Part shown: one piece after another, positions 38,608-49,083 of the stretch
Numbering within the stretch: position 1 is the stretch's first letter
Layout: the number at the start of each line of letters is the position of its first letter
DNA from: Bacteroidales bacterium
GTDB lineage: Bacteria; Bacteroidota; Bacteroidia; Bacteroidales; UBA10428
Length of the DNA stretch: 64,000 bases
Direction: 5' to 3'
Assembly: GCA_041737175.1 (NCBI GenBank)
Contig: JBGSSF010000002.1
Coordinates: 10,348-74,347 of the forward strand
Translations under genes and position numbers: made by a program
The notes under the pieces: generated by a model
The model's input: only the letters and a program-made list of their open reading frames with translations
The model's database searches: none
Told to the model about the DNA's origin: nothing

Positions 38608-38677
38608 CTTCGACTACGCTCAGCATGACATTGAATTGCTCAATGTGACACACCAGTCACCCTGAGCGGAGTCGAAG
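38608..38677. repeat. REP-like hairpin family A with one degenerate internal duplication
   Basis: CTTCGACTACGCTCAGCATGACA...GCTCAATGTGACACACCA-GTCACCCTGAGCGGAGTCGAAG. Confidence 0.88.
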
Positions 38678-38755
38678 GGCCCTCAGCAAAACAAATAAAA
38701 TCCGTATAAAAGTAATGATATTTCCTGAGAGGAAATATTTCTTTTCATGTGAAAT

Positions 38756-41700
38756 TTACTGCGAAAGGGTGAAACGCAGGCTGAATCCTATGTTTGAATC
38801 CACCCGGAGGAACGAACGCGAAGTATGGGGCTTATTCAGGGTACGGTCAAAGAAGAACTGCAGGTTGAACCGGGGGGACAGCAGGTAATCAGCAGTAAAC
38901 ATAACCTTGAATATCCTGTCACCTGTAGTGATCTGGTCGCTTTCATCGTCTTCCGTCTGGGCAAGATACCGGATAATGGTTTTATTATCCCGCACGGAAA
39001 GGTCGAATTTCAAATTCAGGTCGCTTTTATAAGCCTTTTCGCCCAATTTGATGGGAACTTCCTTAAACCTGTAACCTGCACCGATGATCAGCTCGTTGTT
39101 CAGGCTCTCCGTGAGCTGATTGTTCGCCATGCTCAGCACCAGAATGCGTGATTTCCTGAATTCAGCGCGGGTAATGAGACTGTTCACCCAGTTGGCGTCA
39201 AAACCGATCAGGGGATTCATATCTTCCCGGATGGACACTGTGCTGAGCTGAAGCTCGGGTATAAAGTTATCCTGGTAATCCCGGATATAGCCTAAACCGT
39301 CCCGGTCGTCTTTCTCATACAGGAAGTTGGTGGTGAATGAATTAACGCTGTAAACCGATCGGTAGGAATGTATGATGTTGATGGATTTGATGTATTGCTT
39401 TACCCAGTCGAGTTTAGAAAGGCCGTCGAAGGTAAGCCGCCAGTTGGGAAGTATGCTGAGGTATCCGGGAAAGGGTTCCAGGACTGTCCGGCGGGGATCC
39501 TTTCCCGTGTAAGCCGACAGGAATGCGGGGATAATAACTTCGGGGGAAGTGGATCCGTAACCATCGGTATAGCCCGGTTCAATGGTGCGCTGTATGGTTC
39601 CCTGGTAATTGTAACCGTTGTTGTTCAGCCGGTTGGCGTACAGCCGTTGTGATATGGTCTGCCGGTAGCTTTTAAAGCGTTCAAAAGAGGCTGACCGGAA
39701 ACCGTTATCACTTTTGAGCTTTTCAAAGGCTGATCCGATGGTGATGACAGTGATGGAAAAGCCGCCGTTGATCATCCGGTTGTTGAAATAAAAACCGTTG
39801 TCGGTTTCAACAGAATCATAGTAATGGAAGTATTCGCTTGTAAAGTCGGTATAGGTTCGAGTACCTGTGAGTTCAATCCGGAATCCCTTAAAGGGTTCAA
39901 AAGTTCCTTTGATGTTGAGGTTCTCGGTTTTTGACATCGTATACGGATTGGTGAAGGCTTCGTTCCTGGTAAGCCATCCGTTGGATGCGGCATCTTTGAT
40001 AAATTGCCTGTCCTGAACTCCCAGCAGGAATGGCAGACCCGGAGCGCCCTTATAGGTGTCGCCCGTGTTGAATCCCGCCACATTGGGTGTGGGCAGGAAA
40101 CCCATGACCGTGGTGCCACCCGACAGGGAATAGGAAACGGTAATATTTTTCAGTCCGGTGAGGAACCGCAGGGAGTTTTCGGCAAGGAACACCATTGGAT
40201 TTTCACCGGCGGCAACCTGGCCCTCTACTTCCACCAGGAGTCCGGAATAGTTTGTATCGGCCACAATGCTGATCCGGTTTTCATCGAGGACAGCATAGTC
40301 CACTTTGATTTCCTGTCCCTCTTTATCGGTGACCTTCACCGTGATCTTTTCGGTTTTCAGCTTATGGGAAATGTTTCTCGGGGTTTTGGTGCGCAGGAAG
40401 AAGTTCTCGCGACTGTAGGAAACGGACTTCATACGTGCTTCGGCCTCGGGCTTTTTTGTCCCGGAATACTTGGACTCGATTTTTTTGAGGTATTTCGACT
40501 TACTGTAAAGCCCTGTGAGGTTGAAGGTTGAATTGGCCTGGATGGTATTGGAGTTTGTGATCGTATTGCCGAGTGACCGGGAGCCCTGGTAAACAGGTCC
40601 CTCATTCCACTGATAGGTTGAGTTGTACCGGAGTGAAAGCGAAGTCCAGCTCAGGACCGGGAATTTGCTCAGCGGAAGGCTATAGGTAGTGTTGAAACTA
40701 TGCTGGTAATTGATCGAACGTCCTCCGTTGAGGATGCTGTTCCAGACCGACCGGGACCATTCCCTGTTGTTCCCTTTGCGGAAGAGGTCGTAGGCACCGG
40801 GAGTCTCATCAATACGGGATTGATTGTTGATCATCAGGTCGAATTTCAGCGATCGGGTAAGGTCCCAGTTGAGTTCATAACCCCGATTCCATACAAAATC
40901 CTTGCTCACCGTGGAATCGAGAAGAATATCACGGTCATCGTAAATATTACGCATTTTGATTTCATTGTATCTGCGGTCGAAGTCAGTGCGGAATGCCAAG
41001 CGGCTGGGGAGCGGTGAAATATTGAAATCTTTGATGAAACGCAGGTAGGGCGATTTAAGACCCTTGCTGTTTTTGAAGGGAGTAAAGATCTTAGGCCGGG
41101 CATTGTAAATATAATTGAAGGCAAGTCCATACTGAATGGTATTGTTTCGTTCCACTTCATAGCTGTGCGCCTGGGTTTCGGAATAACCGGCAGTAACTGA
41201 AAAGTTGGAGGGCGAGAGCAGGCGGAATTTTTCGAATTCGCGGTTCACCCTTACATTGGTAAGGTTTATGCTGTTCCGTTGGATGACATCCTGGGAAACT
41301 TCCTTGATCTCACGTCGTTCCTCTCGGGTGGAGGCTTCGTTGATAACATCCCTGAGCAGCCGGTCAGGTTCTTTCGGAGAGTATTCGGGAGTTACTGTGA
41401 TTTTGGAAACGCCGACATACAGGGGCACGGATACCTTGGATTTTTCCGGAAGGAGTTTTCCCAGCTCAATATTGGAGGAAACATCAATCTGGTTGGTTTC
41501 CTCTTTGTTCCTGTCGTCCACTTTTTGTTCAATGCTTCCGAATCCCGGTTTGGAGGTGCTTCCGGCTACCGACAGGATACCCAGGTCAGCCAGCCGCACC
41601 TGCGCGCGGGCGTTGGCCGCCCAGCCTCCCTTGTTGTTAAAATCGGTGAGTCGCAACTCATTGAACCAGATCTCAGCGGATTTGGACAATCCATCGTTCG

Positions 41701-44700
41701 GATAGACATTGTCATCATCACCTGCATTGCGGACTCCGATCAGTATGGTCCTGATATTGCTGAAGTTCGGAGTTCCTTTTATTTTCATGAGATTTTTGCC
41801 TGAGCGTTTTCTGTACACCCTGAGCTTGTCAAACAGGTCGGGTCGCTCACCGATGGCATCATCACGTTCCACTTTCAGACCGACAAAATCATCGAGGTTG
41901 ATTTCGATCAGGTTGCTGTCGGGCCAGACAATCCGCCTGTCCCCATCGCCATAATTGGAATTATGCGGGGTGAGTTCAAGGGGCACCTCGTATTCGTAAT
42001 AGTTGTCGGTCTGGTCAGATCCGAGACGGATAAAAGCCGTCATATCGTAGTCGTTCAGCTGCTGATCGATCAGGGCTTCCGCATGAACGAACATTTTCAG
42101 CTTTTTATACTGGCGGAGGTCCATGCTCATGTTCTTGTAAGCAACACGGGCATCCCCGTCGGGCAGATCCCGTACCTTGAAAACAATGGACTGCTCATTC
42201 AGCTGCGCCACCTGGGGCTGACTGGGATCCACCACGCGATCGATGCCCGGAGGCAGGATATAATTGACCGGTGATTTGGCCGAGTTTTCCTCGATGTTCA
42301 CCGAGGTAATCTCAAAACTCCCGGGTTCATACTGATCGGTAACCGAAGGTCCGCCTTCGGCCACGTTGCCCTCATATTTTCTCCATTCCGAACGCACCAG
42401 GTGCAGCTCGGCAAAGCGCAGGATGATCGGATCGGCAAAACCGGTCAGATACATACGCATGAACCGGATGGATTTGAAATCCTCGATGTTGCCGTATTTG
42501 CCTTCATAATCATCAATCGGGATGCGGAACTGGTACCAGTTAACCTCCTTGCCCCTGACGATGTCGGTGATGTAACTGTTCTCAAAATTCATTTCCTCCG
42601 GGTTAAGCCTGATGTGGTACTCGTAATAGGCATCCGTTTCATTGAGGGTGTTATCGTCATTGATGTCTTCGGTATTCGGCAGTGTGGTGGCTGCTGCGAA
42701 ATTTCCCCCGCTTTGCTCCGTGGTAGGAGAGTTGCCCTGGGTGTTGTTGTAATCCTTGTACCGGGATATCACGCCTGCTGTATCGCCGTAATCGGAGCTC
42801 AGGAAGTAGCGGAAGTTGTCATTGGAAGGATCATTGTATGCCCTTTCATAAATTGGCGTACCGGGAGTCAGGTTGTTCAGCCATGCATTGTATTTCAGGC
42901 GTTCGTCATCATCACTCAGTCCGTCCAGGCCAACGTCCTGCCGTGCCCGGTTATTGGGATCTGAATCGAACGAATTAACGATACTCTGAATGGTGGGCAC
43001 CCTGCCCCATACGGTATTGGTATCGACCTTGGTGATTGAATCCGTGGTGGGCAGTCCGTTTTCAAAGAATTTCCTGGAATCTTTCAGCACATCCTCGGAC
43101 ACTTCCCCCAGGTTGAAATACAAATCACCTCCCGCGTGCAGCGAATCCTTCACAAAAGGATCCATGAGCCAGAATTCGATGTATTCAATGTTGGAGGTTT
43201 CAAAATCGTTGGTCTGGAGTTCCCGCATAATGCCGCCCCACCGGTTCTGGGGATTCGGCAGGAAACCCTGCGGTGTGATCGTGGGATCGAAATTATAGGG
43301 TCCCCTTTCCTGGGGGTAATAGGCCAGGTTCATGACCAGCAGGGTATTCTGAAAACCGGTGCCGCTTTCGCGATTCTTGAAGATTTCCGTTTCCAGCACT
43401 TCCCTGATGAAGGGATCATTCTGTTCCTCTTCTGTAATATTATCCGGGGTGCGGCTTTCATTCCTGGTGAACAGCGGATCAATCGAATACCAGGCCAGCT
43501 TGGAACGGTTGAACCCGTACCTCAGGTCATTCAGGGCTCCCGAGTTGCTGAACCGGCGCGGGGTGCTTGAAAGGAACCACGACTGCATGGTTTTGAGCTC
43601 CACGGTGGTTTCGGTGCCTTCAAAATCGTCGATATAGGCCACCCCCCCCTCGCCGATAATTTTAGCCTGCCCGGGGACCAGGTGGGCAAATTCAGCATCC
43701 ACTGAAATGGAGGAGGTTTCCTTGGTCTCTATCAGCGGCAGCTTATCCACAAGCTTGGTCAGCAGACGTGAATCGGTGCGGTAACTGGTATTGAGTCCCC
43801 AGATCGTATTTGAAATGGGCTCATCGCCCATGTTCACTTTCTGGGTGAGCGGCCGTTCGGTGAGGTTCATCACGGTGGCGCCGATGTTGAAGTTTTCAGA
43901 AATCTTGTAATCCAGATGTGTTCCAATAAGGGTTTTTGTCTGGAGATTGAACAGGGCATTGTTTTCGAGTGAAATGGAAAGGGGCGCACCGGACTGAATG
44001 AGCCCTTCATTCATGATCTTCACCCTGCCCAGGGTGTAATCCACCGAATAATCGCTTCCCTCCACCAGGGCAATTCCTCCTGAAGATACCTTGACAGATC
44101 CCTGGGGAATGTTCATGGCATTGAGCTGGATTTCAGAGCCGGAGGAGGACTGGTAGGTACCGGACAGAAAAAACTTATTTTTCTTGGAGATTTGTCTGGC
44201 TTTGGTCTGCGTGGAATCGTACAGCTCCTCGAAGACATATTTGTCGGCAATGGGATTCTTGCCGGAGTTACCACCTGTAATGGCTTTCCGAAGGTCGGAG
44301 CCGAAGGGCTCCGTCTGGGTAAAAAAGATTCGCCCGTCGCGGGAAGTAATTGTGGTTCCTTCAATGAAATCGAATCTGCCGTCGGCGTTGGGTTCATTCC
44401 GGGAGTCGAGGTTATCCATTTTCAACACGCGAAGCAGGACCTTCCTGTTGAAAGCGGAGTCTGCCTGGGGTTCGACGATATAATTCACCGGCACACCTGT
44501 TTCGTCCTTGCGATACAGGATATCGAGGATGAAGTCGGTGCCGGACACCTGATAAGCCCCAAGGGCATAAACGTTTTTCATCATCAGGTCCCAGGTCCCG
44601 GATTTGGGTGTCAGGCTGGTACCTTTCAGCAATTTGACAACCAGGGTTTTAGGTGCGCTGATGCCATCGGTGGACAGTTCACCCACCCGGTAGGTCTTGC

Positions 44701-46159
44701 CCTGCCAGGTATAAACGTAGGCAACGGCGAGCACCTCGTCGGACCGCAACGATGAATTCAGCGAGATGTAACCCAGTTCAGTGTTGAGTTTGTATTCGCT
44801 TTCAGAGAGTTTTCGTGCGTTTTCAATTTTTTCGAAATCCGTGCCCCCGTAAAAGTTGAATGCGGTTTCGAGCGGGGACAGCAAGGCGGCGATATCGCTG
44901 AATGTCCTGATACCGGCATACTGTGTGGTGATGGCGTTGTACAGGTTGTTTTGTTCATTGTTCACCGGGGAATTCCAGGCAGTGCCCGGCTGAATAAATG
45001 CCTGCTGTCCGAAGAAGTTGGGTTCACCATCGGGGCCGTAAGTCTCACCCAGGTCGAGCAGGGCCAGAATATTCCTGGTATCGGTGGTGGAGCTTGATTT
45101 GTTGGTCACCCACACTTCGATCTGTTCGATCCTGACCCCTGAGTTCACATAGGGAAGTGTGGACAGCCAGGCATTGTAATTGTCCCTGAAGTATTGCGAC
45201 AGGAAAAAGTGACGATTGGCGTCGTAATCAGCCACATCCACTTCGAATTCGCTCACCTGTGCGCCTCCTTTCACTTCGATGACCTGTGATTGTCCACGCT
45301 GGTGGCTAAAGACGGAGCTTACAAAAAGCTTTCCGAACTGCAGGTCGGTTTTCAGTCCGAACAAGCTCTGGCTTCCGGTGATCAGGGTTCCCGGAAGGCT
45401 GAAAGAGACATTACCGGCTTCTATCTTCTTGATGATCTCATCCTCCTTGCCCGTATATTCCAGCTTGGTCTTGTTTTCGAAGTCGAAGGAGGCTTCGGTG
45501 TTATAATTGATGCCGAGCTGCATTTTATCACCGATGCTGCCGGTAACGTTCATCTGAATTTTTTCTTTAAAGAGAAAGGATCCGTTTCTCCGGTTTTTCT
45601 CTGAAAGGGCGGGATTGTCGATACGCGACATGTTATAGCCGAAAATAAGTTCGGCGGATCCCTGCGGTACAATACTGATGGCATCGGTGCCGAAGACCTT
45701 ATCGAAGGTTTCTCCCATTTTTATATTTCCGAGCAGGGGCGATTGTTGCGGGGTAAGGGTTTCACGTGATTTCTGCAGCCAGTAATTCCTGACGGAATTC
45801 TGCCGGTCATACACCATGTATTCCCTGAGAGACATGGAAGAAGGAGGTCTGTAATTGAGGCGCCCGATCTTTTCGGAAAAAACATACTGTCCCGTTGCCG
45901 GATCAAACTGGATATTCTGTTCGATGTTGGAAGGATTCTTCAGGTAGAGGGGCGAGGTGAAACCTGAATTGGAGAAAGGATAACGGATCTCATCCCTGAA
46001 AGGATAACGGAGTTTGGCTGTGTCGGTTTGCACGGTAGCCCCGGTCTGCGAGAAAAGTGATCCCGAAAGGAGGATCAGGCAGATTGCCGGAAGAATGCGG
46101 GAGTAAGGACTTTTAAGCGGTTTACTATCAATGATATGTTTTACCTGCCGATAGATCAA
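38756..46159 (-). CDS. sprA: T9SS outer-membrane translocon SprA/Sov
   Basis: About 2460 aa; YNTEASFDFEN, EDEIIKKIEAGNVS, WDLMMKNVY, IEFWLMDPF, SIRFMRMYLTGF; ruvA-sprA-gcvH synteny. Start uncertain. Confidence 0.95.
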   Translation of the reverse strand: MIYRQVKHIIDSKPLKSPYSRILPAICLILLSGSLFSQTGATVQTDTAKLRYPFRDEIRYPFSNSGFTSPLYLKNPSNIEQNIQFDPATGQYVFSEKIGRLNYRPPSSMSLREYMVYDRQNSVRNYWLQKSRETLTPQQSPLLGNIKMGETFDKVFGTDAISIVPQGSAELIFGYNMSRIDNPALSEKNRRNGSFLFKEKIQMNVTGSIGDKMQLGINYNTEASFDFENKTKLEYTGKEDEIIKKIEAGNVSFSLPGTLITGSQSLFGLKTDLQFGKLFVSSVFSHQRGQSQVIEVKGGAQVSEFEVDVADYDANRHFFLSQYFRDNYNAWLSTLPYVNSGVRIEQIEVWVTNKSSSTTDTRNILALLDLGETYGPDGEPNFFGQQAFIQPGTAWNSPVNNEQNNLYNAITTQYAGIRTFSDIAALLSPLETAFNFYGGTDFEKIENARKLSESEYKLNTELGYISLNSSLRSDEVLAVAYVYTWQGKTYRVGELSTDGISAPKTLVVKLLKGTSLTPKSGTWDLMMKNVYALGAYQVSGTDFILDILYRKDETGVPVNYIVEPQADSAFNRKVLLRVLKMDNLDSRNEPNADGRFDFIEGTTITSRDGRIFFTQTEPFGSDLRKAITGGNSGKNPIADKYVFEELYDSTQTKARQISKKNKFFLSGTYQSSSGSEIQLNAMNIPQGSVKVSSGGIALVEGSDYSVDYTLGRVKIMNEGLIQSGAPLSISLENNALFNLQTKTLIGTHLDYKISENFNIGATVMNLTERPLTQKVNMGDEPISNTIWGLNTSYRTDSRLLTKLVDKLPLIETKETSSISVDAEFAHLVPGQAKIIGEGGVAYIDDFEGTETTVELKTMQSWFLSSTPRRFSNSGALNDLRYGFNRSKLAWYSIDPLFTRNESRTPDNITEEEQNDPFIREVLETEIFKNRESGTGFQNTLLVMNLAYYPQERGPYNFDPTITPQGFLPNPQNRWGGIMRELQTNDFETSNIEYIEFWLMDPFVKDSLHAGGDLYFNLGEVSEDVLKDSRKFFENGLPTTDSITKVDTNTVWGRVPTIQSIVNSFDSDPNNRARQDVGLDGLSDDDERLKYNAWLNNLTPGTPIYERAYNDPSNDNFRYFLSSDYGDTAGVISRYKDYNNTQGNSPTTEQSGGNFAAATTLPNTEDINDDNTLNETDAYYEYHIRLNPEEMNFENSYITDIVRGKEVNWYQFRIPIDDYEGKYGNIEDFKSIRFMRMYLTGFADPIILRFAELHLVRSEWRKYEGNVAEGGPSVTDQYEPGSFEITSVNIEENSAKSPVNYILPPGIDRVVDPSQPQVAQLNEQSIVFKVRDLPDGDARVAYKNMSMDLRQYKKLKMFVHAEALIDQQLNDYDMTAFIRLGSDQTDNYYEYEVPLELTPHNSNYGDGDRRIVWPDSNLIEINLDDFVGLKVERDDAIGERPDLFDKLRVYRKRSGKNLMKIKGTPNFSNIRTILIGVRNAGDDDNVYPNDGLSKSAEIWFNELRLTDFNNKGGWAANARAQVRLADLGILSVAGSTSKPGFGSIEQKVDDRNKEETNQIDVSSNIELGKLLPEKSKVSVPLYVGVSKITVTPEYSPKEPDRLLRDVINEASTREERREIKEVSQDVIQRNSINLTNVRVNREFEKFRLLSPSNFSVTAGYSETQAHSYEVERNNTIQYGLAFNYIYNARPKIFTPFKNSKGLKSPYLRFIKDFNISPLPSRLAFRTDFDRRYNEIKMRNIYDDRDILLDSTVSKDFVWNRGYELNWDLTRSLKFDLMINNQSRIDETPGAYDLFRKGNNREWSRSVWNSILNGGRSINYQHSFNTTYSLPLSKFPVLSWTSLSLRYNSTYQWNEGPVYQGSRSLGNTITNSNTIQANSTFNLTGLYSKSKYLKKIESKYSGTKKPEAEARMKSVSYSRENFFLRTKTPRNISHKLKTEKITVKVTDKEGQEIKVDYAVLDENRISIVADTNYSGLLVEVEGQVAAGENPMVFLAENSLRFLTGLKNITVSYSLSGGTTVMGFLPTPNVAGFNTGDTYKGAPGLPFLLGVQDRQFIKDAASNGWLTRNEAFTNPYTMSKTENLNIKGTFEPFKGFRIELTGTRTYTDFTSEYFHYYDSVETDNGFYFNNRMINGGFSITVITIGSAFEKLKSDNGFRSASFERFKSYRQTISQRLYANRLNNNGYNYQGTIQRTIEPGYTDGYGSTSPEVIIPAFLSAYTGKDPRRTVLEPFPGYLSILPNWRLTFDGLSKLDWVKQYIKSINIIHSYRSVYSVNSFTTNFLYEKDDRDGLGYIRDYQDNFIPELQLSTVSIREDMNPLIGFDANWVNSLITRAEFRKSRILVLSMANNQLTESLNNELIIGAGYRFKEVPIKLGEKAYKSDLNLKFDLSVRDNKTIIRYLAQTEDDESDQITTGDRIFKVMFTADYLLSPRFNLQFFFDRTLNKPHTSRSFLRVDSNIGFSLRFTLSQ

Positions 46160-46179
46160 ATTCAGGGTATTTTAAGCAA

Positions 46180-46758
46180 TTATAACTCTTTCAGGGCTTT
46201 TTTAATCAGGTCTTCAAGAGCCAGGTTTTTTTCAGCAAGAAGAATCTTATTGATCACCTTATCGGCCTCACCCTTGTTAAAACCCAGGATTACCAAAGCT
46301 GATAACGCTTCATCTTTCAATCTATTGTCCTTAACCGGAAATAATTCACCTGTTTTATCTTTGGTCACTTTATCGCGCAGATCGAGGATGACGCGCTGGG
46401 CGGTCTTGGCGCCGATCCCTTTTATGCTCTGAAGCAGGGATACATTGGCGCTGAGAATGGCCTGGCGGACATCTTCAGAAGTGAGGGATGAAAGCATCAT
46501 GCGGGCGGTGTTGGCCCCTATGCCGGAAACAGTGAGCAGCTGCCTGAACATTTCCCGTTCCTGTTTGGTGTGAAAGCCGAAGAGCAAATGGGCATCTTCC
46601 CGGATAACCTGGTGGAGATAGAGTCTGACGCGGGTTCCTGTTCCCATCCCGCTGAAAGTGGTGAGCGTTATCTGAATAAAATACCCGATGCCTCCCGTTT
46701 CGATGGTACAGCAGGTCGGATTCTTTTCAATAAGTGAACCTTCGATATATTCATACAT
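46180..46758 (-). CDS. ruvA: Holliday junction branch migration protein RuvA
   Basis: REDAHLLFGF, VSGIG..TA, KGIGAKTAQR. Confidence 0.96.
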   Translation of the reverse strand: MYEYIEGSLIEKNPTCCTIETGGIGYFIQITLTTFSGMGTGTRVRLYLHQVIREDAHLLFGFHTKQEREMFRQLLTVSGIGANTARMMLSSLTSEDVRQAILSANVSLLQSIKGIGAKTAQRVILDLRDKVTKDKTGELFPVKDNRLKDEALSALVILGFNKGEADKVINKILLAEKNLALEDLIKKALKEL

Positions 46759-46776
46759 GATTGCAGCAATTAGGCA

Positions 46777-47829
46777 TCAGGATTCTGAGATGTCAACCTG
46801 CTTCAGAGGATTTGCCGACATTTCTTTGAATAGTTTTCTGCTTCGGAAGATGTCGCAGGCCAGGTAAATGGCTTTCCGGAATGAATCAGCGGAAGCCTCG
46901 TTCTTACCGGCCAGCTCATAAGCGGTCCCGTGAGCAGGAGAGGTGCGCACCACGGGAAGTCCGGCAGTAAAATTGACTCCGCCTTCAACGCTGAGTGCTT
47001 TAAAGGGGACAAGGCCCTGATCGTGATACATGGCGAGCACGGCATCGAATTGGGTGAAGCTGCCGGCCCCGAAAAAGCCGTCGGCAGGAAACGGCCCGAA
47101 TGCCAGTATGCCTTCTTCCTGCGCCTGCATAATGGCAGGAATGATCTCTTTGATTTCCTCATCACCCAGCAGGCCATGGTCTCCTGCGTGAGGATTCAGT
47201 CCCAGCACGGCGATCCTGGGAGAGCGGATCGTAAAATCACTGAGGAGTGAATGGCTCAGTATCCGCAGCTTATTCAGGATGGTGTCGCGCACGATATATT
47301 CATTGACTTTGGCCAGGGGGATGTGGGAAGTGACCACCCCGATGCGTAAAAACTCATTGACCATCAGCATGAGCACACCGTTTGATTTGAAGTGGGTCTC
47401 AAAAAACTCGGTGTGGCCGTTGAAATTGAAATGTTCCGATTTCACATTTGATTTGTTGATGGGGCCGGTTACGAGGGCATCCAGTTTACCCTCTCCGAGG
47501 TCCTTGACAGCCGCCTCGAGCGCTTTCAGGGAAGCCTCACCTGCATCAGGTGTTGATTTGCCCAGTTCCACCCGGGCAGAATCATCGATGCAGTTGATGA
47601 TATTGGCGCGGCGGACAACAGCCTCGTCGACCGTGCGGATCGTGTTGAAGCTGAAATTCTCGAGATTAAGCGCTTTACGATGGTAGGCAGCCACTTTGGG
47701 AGAACCGTAAACAACGGGAGTGCATAACTCCAGGATGCGGTTATCCGACAGTGATTTCATGATGACTTCGTAGCTGATGCTGTTTATATCGCCCTGGGAT
47801 ATTCCCAATATGATCTTGTCGCCCTTCAT
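46777..47829 (-). CDS. pdxA: 4-hydroxythreonine-4-phosphate dehydrogenase
   Basis: GPINK, GHTE, GLNPHAG, AMYHDQG, RTSPAHGTA. Confidence 0.95.
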   Translation of the reverse strand: MKGDKIILGISQGDINSISYEVIMKSLSDNRILELCTPVVYGSPKVAAYHRKALNLENFSFNTIRTVDEAVVRRANIINCIDDSARVELGKSTPDAGEASLKALEAAVKDLGEGKLDALVTGPINKSNVKSEHFNFNGHTEFFETHFKSNGVLMLMVNEFLRIGVVTSHIPLAKVNEYIVRDTILNKLRILSHSLLSDFTIRSPRIAVLGLNPHAGDHGLLGDEEIKEIIPAIMQAQEEGILAFGPFPADGFFGAGSFTQFDAVLAMYHDQGLVPFKALSVEGGVNFTAGLPVVRTSPAHGTAYELAGKNEASADSFRKAIYLACDIFRSRKLFKEMSANPLKQVDISES

Positions 47830-47885
47830 TGCAGAGGAATGTGATTAGGTTAAAATGATTAAGGTAGGCAAATGTAAGAAAAAAA

Positions 47886-47995
47886 GTGATGAGTGATGAG
47901 TGAAGAGTGATGAGTAATGAGTGAGCATGGGATTTGTGTATGCTCCAGTCCCAAAACCCAAATCCCGCTCATTACTCATTACTCATTACTCATTT
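47886..47995. repeat. Gene-less two-armed cassette GT(G/A)ATGA x5 / core / CTCATTA x4
   Basis: Inverted 7-mer arms between divergent TAnnTTTG elements at 47869-47876 (-) and 48008-48015 (+). Confidence 0.88.
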
Positions 47996-48029
47996 CTGGA
48001 TTTTTTATAACTTTGCAAAAAAAATCAAC

Positions 48030-48302
48030 ATGGGATTATTAAGAACCCTACTGATCCTTTTCATCATTTTCTATGTCATCAGGCTGGTCACCCGGTTTTT
48101 TCTGCCGATGCTCTTCAAAAACTATGTGGATGACAAGATGAATGAGATGGCAGGGAACCAGAAGAAGCAGCAGCAACGGCAAAAGGAGCAGGCCAGGAAA
48201 CGGGAGGGAGAAGTATCTATTGACTACAATCCCAGGCAGGGTGACACCAAAGACAAAAATGACAAGGGGGATTATGTGGATTATGTTGAGGTGAAGGATT
48301 GA
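48030..48302 (+). CDS. DUF4834-like small membrane protein
   Basis: N-terminal TM helix; C-terminal GDYVDYVEVKD. Confidence 0.75.
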   Translation: MGLLRTLLILFIIFYVIRLVTRFFLPMLFKNYVDDKMNEMAGNQKKQQQRQKEQARKREGEVSIDYNPRQGDTKDKNDKGDYVDYVEVKD

Positions 48303-48327
48303 GATGAACCGCTGAGAAGAAGCATGA

Positions 48328-49083
48328 TCATGTAGTCAGGGCTTTAATTTTCTTGGCGAGGTTGGAAGCAAATACAAAATCATTCAGGTTCTCATCCGAG
48401 GTATCCAGTATTTCTTCGCGGGTACCTTCCCAGCCTTTTCGGCCGTCGTGAATAAAAACGACCTTTTCGCCGATTTCCATCACGGAATTCATATCATGTG
48501 TGTTGATCACCGTGGTAATATCGAATTCATGCGTAATTTCACTGATCAGGTCATCAATGACCAGGGCAGTTTTCGGGTCGAGACCTGAATTGGGCTCATC
48601 ACAGAACAGGTACCTCGGATTTTCAACAATGGCTCTGGCTATAGCCACTCTTTTTTTCATGCCGCCACTGAGTTCCCCGGGATAAAGTTTATTGATATCC
48701 GCCAGGTCCACACGTCGCAGGCAGGAATTCGTGCGTTCCAATTTTTCCCCGGGCGTCATATTGGAGAACATGTTGAGCGGAAACATGACATTTTCTTCCA
48801 CGGTAAGCGAGTCGAAAAGAGCGCTGCCCTGGAAAAGCATGCCAATCTCACGGCGTATTTGCTTACGCTCCGTGAAATTCATGGATACAAAATTCCGGTC
48901 GTTATAATAAATCGCACCCTCGTCGGCTTCCAGCAAACCGACGATGCATTTCATGAGCACTGTCTTACCGGAACCGCTCCGGCCAATGACAAGGTTTGTT
49001 TTCCCTTTTTCAAAATCAACGGAAATGTCTTCCAGCACCTTTGTGCCATTAAAGATCTTCACCAGGTTTTCTACTTTTATCAT
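48328..49083 (-). CDS. ABC transporter ATP-binding protein (MlaF-like)
   Basis: GRSGSGKT, LSGGMKKR, DEP. Likely start MIKVEN at 49083. Confidence 0.92.
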   Translation of the reverse strand: MIKVENLVKIFNGTKVLEDISVDFEKGKTNLVIGRSGSGKTVLMKCIVGLLEADEGAIYYNDRNFVSMNFTERKQIRREIGMLFQGSALFDSLTVEENVMFPLNMFSNMTPGEKLERTNSCLRRVDLADINKLYPGELSGGMKKRVAIARAIVENPRYLFCDEPNSGLDPKTALVIDDLISEITHEFDITTVINTHDMNSVMEIGEKVVFIHDGRKGWEGTREEILDTSDENLNDFVFASNLAKKIKALTT

